Assembly: GCA_964645555.1 (NCBI GenBank)
Contig: CAZYBP010000001.1
Location: 759 to 64,758, forward strand
Direction: 5' to 3'
Source of the DNA: an uncultured Gammaproteobacteria bacterium
GTDB lineage: Bacteria > Patescibacteriota > Microgenomatia > Daviesbacterales > UBA10151
DNA: 64,000 bases
Below are positions 20,787 through 29,930 of the stretch, piece by piece. The notes below the pieces were generated by a model. It was not told where the DNA came from. It did not search any database and saw only the letters and a list, made by a program, of their open reading frames with translations. The position numbers were made by a program, and so were the translations under genes. Positions within the stretch are counted from its first letter, which is position 1, and every line of letters begins with the position of its first letter.

Positions 20787-22541
20787 ATGTCCAAAGGTTT
20801 GATTCAAAGTTTACTTCTTTGCTCCATTATAATAGTTATCAGTCTCTTTACACTTTATCCTTCCTTTAAACTTGCTTTGTTTGGAGACGATTGGCAGCAA
20901 ATCTTTCATTATTTTCTTTATCTTGGGCCAAAGAGCAGCGTTTTCGATCATTTAACTTATTTTGTAGGGGGCTATGGGGCTTTTGGAGTTATTACAGGAA
21001 TATCTTACCTGGCTTTTGGCCATGATTATAAAATGTATTATATATTTTCATATATATATAAGTTACTTTCTGCCTTTGCAATTTTTCCCCTTGCTTTTTA
21101 CTTAACCCGTTCAAAACTTGCAGCCTTTTATGCTTCACTATTTTTATCTGTCACCATCATCGGGCTTGAGAGTACTAATTGGGTAGTCAATTCCCCCGCT
21201 TACCTGGCTGTTGCCAACCTATCGTTATTTCTGTATTTTTTTCTAAAGTCCAGGGAAAATTTAAAACCACTCTATTTTATTGGGGCGGCAATATTTTTTT
21301 ACCTTGCCCATATTTTTGCCCCCGTCAGAATGACCGGTCTGCTGCCGTTTACAATAATTTTGGAGATATTTCTATACATTAAATCTCTCAATATTAAATT
21401 ATCGTTTATACGCTTGGTCATTCTATTTGTTGTATTTGCAATCATTACTGTTACGGGAGCATCTGCAGGCAGAACTGATACATTAGCCGGACAAGCATCA
21501 AAAACACTATTTTCCGGGTTTAGCCAAATTGCTGCTGCATTAGACAAAGGCCGCACAGACTTTTTATTTTATCCGGTCATGACTGTTGGCCGTATTGTTG
21601 TACCGGATACCACAGCTATTAAAATATTTCCCATGCTGATTTATCTGATTGTATTTATGGCAGTTTTTTATGCAAATGCCAACAAAAGTAAAAAAGTAAT
21701 TGCCGGTATAGCAGTGGGGATAGCCGTTTGGTCACTAATCAGTATGCTGATTTATGAATCCAATAAACTCACGTTATCAGCCCGCGATGCTTTATCCCTG
21801 GCTATTGGAGGATATTTTTTAACAACTGCCATTATATTATTGTTTTTTTTAAAAAAGCATTTGCTTTTTTACTCTGTATTTATAGCCAGCTTTTGGTCCG
21901 TATTTTCATTTATATTCCCTTGGATTAGAGCACCGGAGACGCTGAACCCGACTGAACATAGATACTTAGTTGCTTCATCGGTTGGTGTTGCAATTTTCTT
22001 TGCCAGTATTATCGGGCTGGGTAAGCAGTTAAAAAACCGTGTTTATCTTTTTTTGGTAGTAATACCGTTTTTATTAATAAATATTTTGGCCACCCGGAGT
22101 TTTCTTACCGACGCTGTCCAAAATAGCCATGGCAGTGAGGCAATAAATAAAATTTGGCCGCAATTTCCCCGTATTGCTGAAATTGGTAAAACGGAAAAAC
22201 CATTAATGTTCTTCTTCACCTCTTCTCCTGAAAAAGAAAAATTAAAACATCATTCTCTGACATTCGGTTTTCCTTTCAGAATGGCCTTTATCTATAATAT
22301 CGACAATTACTGGAAAATGCCTATTGCTACCAACAGCTGGGAAGATATCGTCTCGGCAGTTTCGGACGGACAATCTTTATTTATGAACAATTTCCCCAAA
22401 GATCCTATCCCTGTTGAAAATATTTATGCATTCTACCTTACTTCTGATAACAATTTATTAAATATAACAGAAGCGACAAGAGAAAAATTAAAGGATTTTC
22501 TTAAACAAAACCCAGAGAGTAATAATCAGACCGGAAATTAG
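20787..22541 (+). CDS. Family-B polytopic membrane protein (GT-C-fold candidate)
   Basis: LFGDDWQQIFHYFLYLGP motif, many TM helices. 3' end overlaps the convergent family-A gene by 54 nt. Confidence 0.6.
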   Translation: MSKGLIQSLLLCSIIIVISLFTLYPSFKLALFGDDWQQIFHYFLYLGPKSSVFDHLTYFVGGYGAFGVITGISYLAFGHDYKMYYIFSYIYKLLSAFAIFPLAFYLTRSKLAAFYASLFLSVTIIGLESTNWVVNSPAYLAVANLSLFLYFFLKSRENLKPLYFIGAAIFFYLAHIFAPVRMTGLLPFTIILEIFLYIKSLNIKLSFIRLVILFVVFAIITVTGASAGRTDTLAGQASKTLFSGFSQIAAALDKGRTDFLFYPVMTVGRIVVPDTTAIKIFPMLIYLIVFMAVFYANANKSKKVIAGIAVGIAVWSLISMLIYESNKLTLSARDALSLAIGGYFLTTAIILLFFLKKHLLFYSVFIASFWSVFSFIFPWIRAPETLNPTEHRYLVASSVGVAIFFASIIGLGKQLKNRVYLFLVVIPFLLINILATRSFLTDAVQNSHGSEAINKIWPQFPRIAEIGKTEKPLMFFFTSSPEKEKLKHHSLTFGFPFRMAFIYNIDNYWKMPIATNSWEDIVSAVSDGQSLFMNNFPKDPIPVENIYAFYLTSDNNLLNITEATREKLKDFLKQNPESNNQTGN

Positions 22542-25316
22542 TGCAAATTGCGATATTAAACTATCTTTGTCTAAATCATTTTGCAGACTATATTCCAAAT
22601 TCAAGTCAAAATCTCCTAGTCTGTCGATTAACCAACCGTTAGCAAAAGAGTTGGTCAGGAAATGTTTCTCAACTTTAGTCCCGTCCGGATAACTCAATTG
22701 CCAGCCACTGTTAAAAATAGAGGAGAAAACAACCACAAACGGATTTAAGGAATTTTCAATACGGATGTTGTATCTTGACGGGCTGATTTTGTCATAAGAA
22801 AGATTAGGTGTTTTATTAATTCTATCTTCTAATTTATTGATTAAAACTAAATCCGGTAGCATTAGTTCTCTTACGTTCATATTTTTAACCTTTAAGTTGT
22901 CTAAGTCAGGCCAAAAGTATATATTTAGCGCACTGGCTGTTGAGCGTGCTTCAAACAAATCATTAAACGACTCAAAACGATCTAAAGTGGTAGTTGTTAA
23001 ATCTTTCATATGATACGGACGAATCTTACCTTTTTCTTTTTGATCATTATCAAAAGAAATAACTAACTTTTTTTCTTGTAGTGTCGAATAATCAAAGGAA
23101 ACCAAATATTTTGAGAAAGGATTGATATTTAAGACAGTAAAACTGTTTTTATCATCAGATAAGGTTGTAAGATTACCTGAATACGAAATATTTATTATTA
23201 CTGTGTGTAATCCTTCTGTTAAGTTGAGTTCGCCATAAGACCACCTGCCGTCTTCTCTTAAAACCGGATTTCCTTGTAGCCTGACACCATCAACTAAAAT
23301 ATCTCCAGGTTCCGATAACTTATCCGAAATTAACTCATATTTGCCGCTATTTTTAATATCAAATTTGTAGTAACCGGGTTTGCGCTCCGGATTTTTCAAA
23401 TCATCAGGATGGATAACCCTTAAGTTAACCAGGTCGTCAAGATAGGATATATTTGAAATAGCAGTTCCGGCTGAAGAAGCCTCAGAAAAAGTAAAGTCTT
23501 TTAATTGAACCGTTGGCGATACATCCATTAAATTACCTGTTACATACAGGCTCTTGTCGGTCCAAAATGGGTTTTCCCAAAATTCAAGTTTGCCGAAAGA
23601 TAAGGTTTTTACCAATTCTCCTTTCTTACTTTTGTCCATGGCGATTTTTTGTATTGTTTGAGGATCCCTCATTTTTCTCTCGTAAATATCTACATCGGAT
23701 CTGATTAGTAGATATTTAGCGTTTAAAACATTCATAACCTCATAAAATTTGGGCTTACTGACAAATAACTCTTCCAGTTGATCAGCAACTTTGTCAAAAT
23801 ATAAAATAGTGGTAGAAGACATAATATGCGGAGTATCGAATAGCCACATTGATGTTTCTATTCCTTGGTAGCCTTTTTCCCAATTATAGGTTACCCCTTG
23901 TCCGCTGAAAGGAAAACCGATAAATCTAAAATTATTACCCTGGAACTTGAGCCAATTGTTGGCCTGCTCATAATACTGCGGCACTTTTACCTTATACCCT
24001 ACCGAATAATTGTCTGTCGGCGGGAAAAAACCGGTAAAAACAAGGCCTGACCAAAAGGGATAGCCGTATAAAGCAACTATAATGAATAAAGTGGCTGTAT
24101 AAACTGCTAAATGTAGCTTCTTTTGAAATTTTGACAATAAACCTTCAAGCCCCGCAGCCAATAAGGGTACTGCAGCAAGTAAGGTTATAAAACCAAATTT
24201 TTCAAATGGATTTCTAAAAAATTGCAGAGGAGAAATATTAATAAATAAAAATTGAAATAATTCTCCAAAGGGGGGATTATTTCCTTTGGCAAAGTATAGG
24301 CTTAGAAAAAACAATACGGCCAAAGCTAAAACATTAATATTTTTTCGGGCTTGAAATATAAAAATCAAGATAACTGCGGAAACTAAAAATTCTATTACTA
24401 CCGCTGCCGGCATGGAAAATAACTTCGGCCATTCAATTTGCGGAGTGGTGAAGAATGGCCCATGAAATAATCTAAAAAGGTATGTTAAATCCCCTAATGT
24501 TTTACTTGAGGCGGTCAGCGTCGATAGGCTTACATCGAATTGGAAAAAGGAAGATAATTCTTCAGAATATTTACCTATAAAAAGACTCCTTACAACCTGA
24601 CCAATCCACCATAAATTGACTAAAGAAAAATAAATTAAATTTATAGCAATAAAGCTTAGAGAAAATATTCTTTCCTTGGTTGTCTTAACTGTGATAAATT
24701 TAAATAAGGTAAAGTAAGTAAAAATAAACCATAAAATTATATTAAAGACAGGGTTTGATAATCCTAAAGAAAAAACAGCACAAGTTATCCCCACTACGGA
24801 AACATAATAAAAATTCTGTTTCTGTAAACCTTTGATATAAAAAGCGGAAACCAGAGGCAGAAGTGCCCAAAAAGCTATGTAATTATATAGAAATCGATTC
24901 CAAATATTAACTAAAGAGATAGAATTAAACCAATAAAATATAACTGCTACTACCAAATACTTCCTGCCAATGTGGGGAAAAAATTCCCGGGTAAATAAAG
25001 TAATTCCAACTCCGGATACTACAAGAAAAAACCAAAAAAGTCCGGCTTCAATTATATAATTGGCTACGCCAATTTTCTCAAGTAAAGAAAGCGCAAAAAA
25101 AGTAGGGGAGTATGCAGTCACAATACCGTTGGCAAATCCCAATCCGGAATTTGTGTCGGACCAGGCGCCCTTAACCTGACTATGAAATCTGGATAAATTA
25201 TAAAAGCTAATCTGGCTTTCGGCAGTACCTAATAATAAACCATCTTTAAACCAAGTAAATACCAAAATTGAACTGGCAATGGCTAAAACAGCTAAAAGTA
25301 GAAGGATGCTCCGCAT
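22488..25316 (-). CDS. Family-A large polytopic membrane protein (GT-C-like candidate), 942 aa
   Basis: Carries RNPFEKFGF, and the C-terminal FANGWLIDRLGDF motif with a TM anchor. Serves as the intact reference paralog. Confidence 0.7.
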   Translation of the reverse strand: MRSILLLLAVLAIASSILVFTWFKDGLLLGTAESQISFYNLSRFHSQVKGAWSDTNSGLGFANGIVTAYSPTFFALSLLEKIGVANYIIEAGLFWFFLVVSGVGITLFTREFFPHIGRKYLVVAVIFYWFNSISLVNIWNRFLYNYIAFWALLPLVSAFYIKGLQKQNFYYVSVVGITCAVFSLGLSNPVFNIILWFIFTYFTLFKFITVKTTKERIFSLSFIAINLIYFSLVNLWWIGQVVRSLFIGKYSEELSSFFQFDVSLSTLTASSKTLGDLTYLFRLFHGPFFTTPQIEWPKLFSMPAAVVIEFLVSAVILIFIFQARKNINVLALAVLFFLSLYFAKGNNPPFGELFQFLFINISPLQFFRNPFEKFGFITLLAAVPLLAAGLEGLLSKFQKKLHLAVYTATLFIIVALYGYPFWSGLVFTGFFPPTDNYSVGYKVKVPQYYEQANNWLKFQGNNFRFIGFPFSGQGVTYNWEKGYQGIETSMWLFDTPHIMSSTTILYFDKVADQLEELFVSKPKFYEVMNVLNAKYLLIRSDVDIYERKMRDPQTIQKIAMDKSKKGELVKTLSFGKLEFWENPFWTDKSLYVTGNLMDVSPTVQLKDFTFSEASSAGTAISNISYLDDLVNLRVIHPDDLKNPERKPGYYKFDIKNSGKYELISDKLSEPGDILVDGVRLQGNPVLREDGRWSYGELNLTEGLHTVIINISYSGNLTTLSDDKNSFTVLNINPFSKYLVSFDYSTLQEKKLVISFDNDQKEKGKIRPYHMKDLTTTTLDRFESFNDLFEARSTASALNIYFWPDLDNLKVKNMNVRELMLPDLVLINKLEDRINKTPNLSYDKISPSRYNIRIENSLNPFVVVFSSIFNSGWQLSYPDGTKVEKHFLTNSFANGWLIDRLGDFDLNLEYSLQNDLDKDSLISQFALISGLIITLWVLFKKIL

Positions 25317-25362
25317 AACTTACTAGTTATTATACCAATTAATTTTAAGGTATAATCGAACA
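25317..25362. promoter_or_regulatory. Compact divergent promoter region with back-to-back TATAAT boxes
   Basis: The 46-nt spacer between divergent starts holds ggTATAAT on the + strand at 25347-25352, 10 nt before ATG 25363. The complementary TATAAT on the - strand (from ...ggtataataactagtaagttATG) sits 13 nt before the - gene ATG. This suggests very short leaders. Confidence 0.35.
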
Positions 25363-26229
25363 ATGTCTAATCCTGTTTGTCCTAATTGCAAAAACAATAA
25401 GGATATTTCAAAATTGATTTTTGCCAAAAATCTTTATATATGTAACCTCTGCAATAACGGTTTTTTATTTCCTATTGAAAAAAATTTATCCAGATTCTAC
25501 CCTGCCTCTTACTGGAAATACCCCGGCCAACTATCTTTTATTAGATCCGGATTACATAATTTGCTTCAGTACAGAAGAAAAAAATGGCTAATAAAATATC
25601 TTAAAAGAGGTGCCATTCTGGATGTTGGAGCTGGGGAAGGGGTATTTGGGAAAATATTAGGCTCAGATTATCAAATTACAAATTTAGAATCACCTTTTGC
25701 TGAAATTAGTAATAAAAATACTATCAAAGTTGACTTTCTGGCTTGGAAAACCAACCAAAGATTTGATGGAATCGTATTCCTGGAAAGCTTAGAACACGTA
25801 CCCGGTCCGCAAGAGTATTTAAAAAAAGCACAAAGTCTGCTGAAAAAAGGAGGATATATTTTTGTGGAATGTCCGCGTTTTGACTCATGGGAAGCAAAGT
25901 TTTTCAAAGATAAATGGCTGCATTTAGACTTACCAAGACATCTTGTACATTTAACCAGAGGTGGTTTAGCCACTTTAGCTTCAAGAAGCAAACTTAAAGT
26001 GGTCAGCCAAAAAGGTATGCTTGTATATGAATTTTCATCTTACTGCTTCACGGTCAGTTTAATGCATCTGTTAAAAATAAAGCCCCTAAATTTACGGGAA
26101 AAATCTATTAGTAATTTTACTTCCATTTTACTTGCTTTAGTTCTCCTGCCGGTTGGCTTTATATTTGAAACAATCCTTCATTTATTTGACCAGGATCCTG
26201 TCCAATTATCAGTTTTCCAAAAACAATAG
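25363..26229 (+). CDS. SAM-dependent methyltransferase with N-terminal zinc-ribbon
   Basis: CPNC...CNLC pair followed by motif I ILDVGAGEGVFG. Confidence 0.7.
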   Translation: MSNPVCPNCKNNKDISKLIFAKNLYICNLCNNGFLFPIEKNLSRFYPASYWKYPGQLSFIRSGLHNLLQYRRKKWLIKYLKRGAILDVGAGEGVFGKILGSDYQITNLESPFAEISNKNTIKVDFLAWKTNQRFDGIVFLESLEHVPGPQEYLKKAQSLLKKGGYIFVECPRFDSWEAKFFKDKWLHLDLPRHLVHLTRGGLATLASRSKLKVVSQKGMLVYEFSSYCFTVSLMHLLKIKPLNLREKSISNFTSILLALVLLPVGFIFETILHLFDQDPVQLSVFQKQ

Positions 26230-26238
26230 CTTAAATAT

Positions 26239-26943
26239 ATGTCTTATAAATTCAAAATAAAGAACAAAAAACTATTTCAACATGGTTTAGAAACTTTTGA
26301 CAGACAATATTTTAATCACTTTTTTAAAAAATACAACGAACATGAAATTATGCTTTACTATAGTTTTTTTAGAGGCTGGATAAGGTTTTTGGATAAATTT
26401 CTTCCACTTAAAAACGGGCAGGGAAAAAAGGTACTGGAAATAGGTTGCGGTATAGGAGCTTTTGCCAAAATTCTTGCCGAGAGAGGCTTTGAGGTGGTAG
26501 CTACAGATATTTCTTCCTTTATTATTAATAAGGCAAAGAGGAATATTACAGGCGTTAACTTTCGAGTATTAGATATTGAAAAGGGTACAAATCATGAAGA
26601 GAAATTTGACTATATTTTCGCTTTTGAAGTTTTGGAGCACTTATCAAACCCAATAAAGGCTTTGGAAAATATGAAAAAGAAATTGGGCAAGAAAGGAGTA
26701 TTGATTTTTTCGACCCCTTACCCTACCAAAGAAACTTTAGCAGACCCTATGCATATTAACGTCCATCCGCCGGAATTCTGGTTATCAAATGGCAAAAAAA
26801 TAGGTTTTAACCACGTAACTGTAAAAAATGCATCTTTTATTCCTTATCTTTATAGAATCAATTCATTCTTTAGTAGAGCTATTCCTATAAGGATAAATTC
26901 CCATTTTGTAAACAGTACTTGTTTTTATATTTTTAATATGTAA
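26239..26943 (+). CDS. Class I SAM-dependent methyltransferase
   Basis: VLEIGCGIGAFAKIL...VVATDIS and FAFEVLEHL motifs. Confidence 0.75.
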   Translation: MSYKFKIKNKKLFQHGLETFDRQYFNHFFKKYNEHEIMLYYSFFRGWIRFLDKFLPLKNGQGKKVLEIGCGIGAFAKILAERGFEVVATDISSFIINKAKRNITGVNFRVLDIEKGTNHEEKFDYIFAFEVLEHLSNPIKALENMKKKLGKKGVLIFSTPYPTKETLADPMHINVHPPEFWLSNGKKIGFNHVTVKNASFIPYLYRINSFFSRAIPIRINSHFVNSTCFYIFNM

Positions 26944-26959
26944 TTTTGTATACAAGACA

Positions 26960-27808
26960 ATGAATAATCAAAAACTTAAGTTTTTATACACTGATATTAA
27001 AGATTCGTACCTGGAATTATTGAAAGACACTTTAACTCATATAATTTATGGTAATTATGAGGTAGGTGCAACGCTCTCATCCCGTTTCCTGATCGAGAAA
27101 ATAATATCAAAGATATTGGGTCTAGTACATTTAAAATTAGTATTTAATAAACCTTTTAATCTCAAAGACAGAGAATATGGAAATGACTGGCCGCTAAGCG
27201 CTCACACAATGATTGGAAAAAGACGTCTAAATAATATTCAGTTCTGCATTGAGAATATCTTAAAGGAAAAAATCCCAGGAGATTTGATTGAAGCGGGCGT
27301 GTGGAGAGGAGGAGCCAGCATTTTTATGAAAGGAGTTTTAAAAGCATGCGGAGATAACAAACGGTGTGTTTGGTTAGCGGACTCGTTCCGGGGATTACCG
27401 CCTCCGGATATTAAAATGTACCCCCAGGATAAGGGAGATATTTTTTATCAAGTTGGTTACTTAGCTGTACCGGTTGAGGAGGTAAAAAATAATTTCAAAG
27501 CATACAACCTATTGGATGATAGGGTAAAATTTTTGATTGGATGGTTTAAAGATACATTGCCAAAAGCGCCTATAGGCAAACTTGCCCTTATCAGATGTGA
27601 TGGCGATATGTACGAATCAACTATGGATATATTAGTAAATTTATATCACAAACTTTCTACTGGCGGTTATGTAATTATTGATGACTATTATTATATTCCT
27701 GCATGCAAACAAGCAGTCGATGATTTTAGGAAAAAAAACAATATAAAAGACAAAATATTTGATATTACAGATATCAAAGGGGGAATATATTGGAAAAAAT
27801 TACAATGA
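26960..27808 (+). CDS. Macrocin-O-methyltransferase (TylF/MycF) family sugar O-methyltransferase
   Basis: GDLIEAGVWRGGASIF...WLADSFRGLP...CDGDMYEST...GGYVIIDDY reproduces the conserved blocks of TylF-family MTs. Confidence 0.8.
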   Translation: MNNQKLKFLYTDIKDSYLELLKDTLTHIIYGNYEVGATLSSRFLIEKIISKILGLVHLKLVFNKPFNLKDREYGNDWPLSAHTMIGKRRLNNIQFCIENILKEKIPGDLIEAGVWRGGASIFMKGVLKACGDNKRCVWLADSFRGLPPPDIKMYPQDKGDIFYQVGYLAVPVEEVKNNFKAYNLLDDRVKFLIGWFKDTLPKAPIGKLALIRCDGDMYESTMDILVNLYHKLSTGGYVIIDDYYYIPACKQAVDDFRKKNNIKDKIFDITDIKGGIYWKKLQ

Positions 27809-27827
27809 AAAGCCCAACATTAGAAAA

Positions 27828-29930
27828 CTATTCCCATGGCCAAATTTTAAATAATATATCAATTGTATAATCTCCCTTATTGTCTATCAACCAACCATTG
27901 GCAAACCCATTAACTAAAAAATGTTTGTCTACTACCTGGTTATCGATCCGTGCTTGCCAAAAACCATTGTATGTATCATTTAAAACTAATACAAAAGGTG
28001 TCCTTGCCCCTACTTGGACCTTGAAACGGGTGGGAGATTTCTTTTCAAACACCAAATCAACTGAAGAATCTGAATTTTGGCTAAGCTCGCCTGAAGAGCC
28101 GATAGACTGGTAATTTTCTGTATCGACAAAAGCAGCCTCAGTTGTATCAAACCCGCCGCTGCTTATACTATTTAATGCCTGATCAATGGAATCAAATTCT
28201 GCCAAAGATGTCACTGCGAAGATTTCCGGCTTAACAATGCTTTTTTCTAAAGTGTAAACAGTTAAAGGCCCGAACTCTGCATCCTTAGTAATTTCCCGCC
28301 ACTGGTCTATTTTGACTGTATTTAAATCCAACTGAGGATAAATCATATCACGGTGCAAAATAATATGATCAACTCCCAAAAGTCCTAATGTCCTTGGTAA
28401 GAAATTCTGGGAGAGGTATTTGGGGATTAATATATAGTAGTTGTTAAAAGTAGGTACTGTTGAGCGGGAGACGTTTTGTGAGTCAAACAGATTTTCAGCA
28501 GGGTCCTGTCCAATATAACCCCATGAATATTTTAATAATTCTGCCTGTACTGAAACAGGCAGATGAAAAATTCTTTGGCTTGAATTTGAGTTCAAATAAT
28601 CATTAGCCTGGGTATAATACGGAGGAATTGTCAGCCTGTCTTTAGAAGGGAATATTCTACCATTCCACATCGGATAAACTAAAATGCCATATAATAAGAC
28701 TATCAAAAAAACTCTTAATACCCGGCCGCTTTTTCCGGTAAATTTCTTAAAAATGTAATTCAAACCAAGTGCAAAAAAGACTGAGTAAGGCAAAAGGAAA
28801 ACTAATCAAAATTTCTCATAGGGGTTTCTCAAAGCTGCGCTGAATGGGAATGTTGAAAAGATCACAGAAAAAAATTGGTATCCCAAAGGAAAGTTTGAAC
28901 CCTTACTGACAAACCAGCCAATCAGTAATAAACTAATTAAATATTTAAAATTTTTTTGGGTCTTTTCCTTTACAATACCCAGTATAACAATAGCCAAAAC
29001 AACTAAACTTATTAAGTAACTAAAGAAATTATTATAGAACTCAAACCATCCGGTACTTAAAGAGCTTCCCTTTTCAAAAAAAGCTTTCTGGCGCAGCATT
29101 AAAATATCGGTAGTTCCAAAGTATTTACTTACACCTATTAGTGACTCACGGTGTATTCTCCATTCCTCTGAAAACTTAGCTAAGGTAGCTCCCTGTGCAG
29201 TTGACTTGTGAATTAAAGGATAAATCCACCAGGTGTTGACTAAAACTGTCACAATAACCGTGAATATACACTTTAATAAAAGTTTTAATAAATAAGTTTT
29301 ATTTTTTCTATTTTGAATAAATTTAATAAGGGCATAAATACCTGCCACTGTTAGGTAAACAAACAAATATGCAGGATGGGAAAAAGCATGCGAGAATACT
29401 GTCATGCTTGCAGCAATAAAAATTAGCCAATAAATTTTACCCTCGTCCAACCATTTTATCCAAAGAAAGATAAACAGTGGCAGGTAAGCCCAGGGAAACA
29501 TGCCTTGATAAATGTTCCTTTTCCAAACCTGGGTCATGGAGTATAGATTAAGTAAGTAAAAAAAACTTCCTAGTATAGATATTAGCTTACTTTGTCCAAA
29601 ACCTTTGTAAAGCAAAAGGTACATAAAGACTACACCTGAAAACATGATTATCCAATATGAAAGTGCCTGAATCAAAAAGGGCGCAAATCCGGCCTTTTGA
29701 AACAAGCTCAAAAATGTCAGATAGGGAAATCTTACAAATTCAAAAATATTTACGCTACCTGTACCAGAAGGATACCAACTGCTAGAAAAATATTTTGCAG
29801 TTCTTTCAAAGTTAACAAAAGATAAATTCTCCTCACTATTGTTTGAAACAAAAGTTTTTGTCGAGAACCAGGAAAATATGATTATGAAAGTCACAAAAAA
29901 TGCAAGCAGTAAGAATGATCTGGTCTTCAT
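27828..29930 (-). pseudogene. Family-A membrane protein paralog (shortened) interrupted by in-frame TGA at a conserved Gly codon
   Basis: ORFs 28806..29930 and 27828..28793 are in the same frame. Sequence reads ...RNPYEKF-TGA-LVFLLPYS..., where intact paralogs have RNPFEK(F/I/T)-G-(F/L).... The C-terminal part keeps the FANGWLIDNKGDY motif but lacks the final TM anchor. Confidence 0.55.

Noticed and set aside
27809-27827. Rho-independent terminators in the few convergent gaps (27809-27827, 55453-55462)
   Set aside because: These spacers contain no GC-rich inverted repeat followed by a T-tract, and most convergent genes actually overlap, so no terminator call is justified.
28806-28808. Genome-wide UGA=Gly recoding (code 25, as in Gracilibacteria/SR1) as the explanation for the TGA at a conserved Gly codon
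   Set aside because: Many genes in the window terminate cleanly on TGA in ATGA start/stop overlaps (for example 714-717 and 6603-6606). ORFs of 900-1140 aa are uninterrupted under the standard code. A recoded genome would show frequent in-frame TGA. A site-specific event or a mutation is more plausible than a global reassignment.
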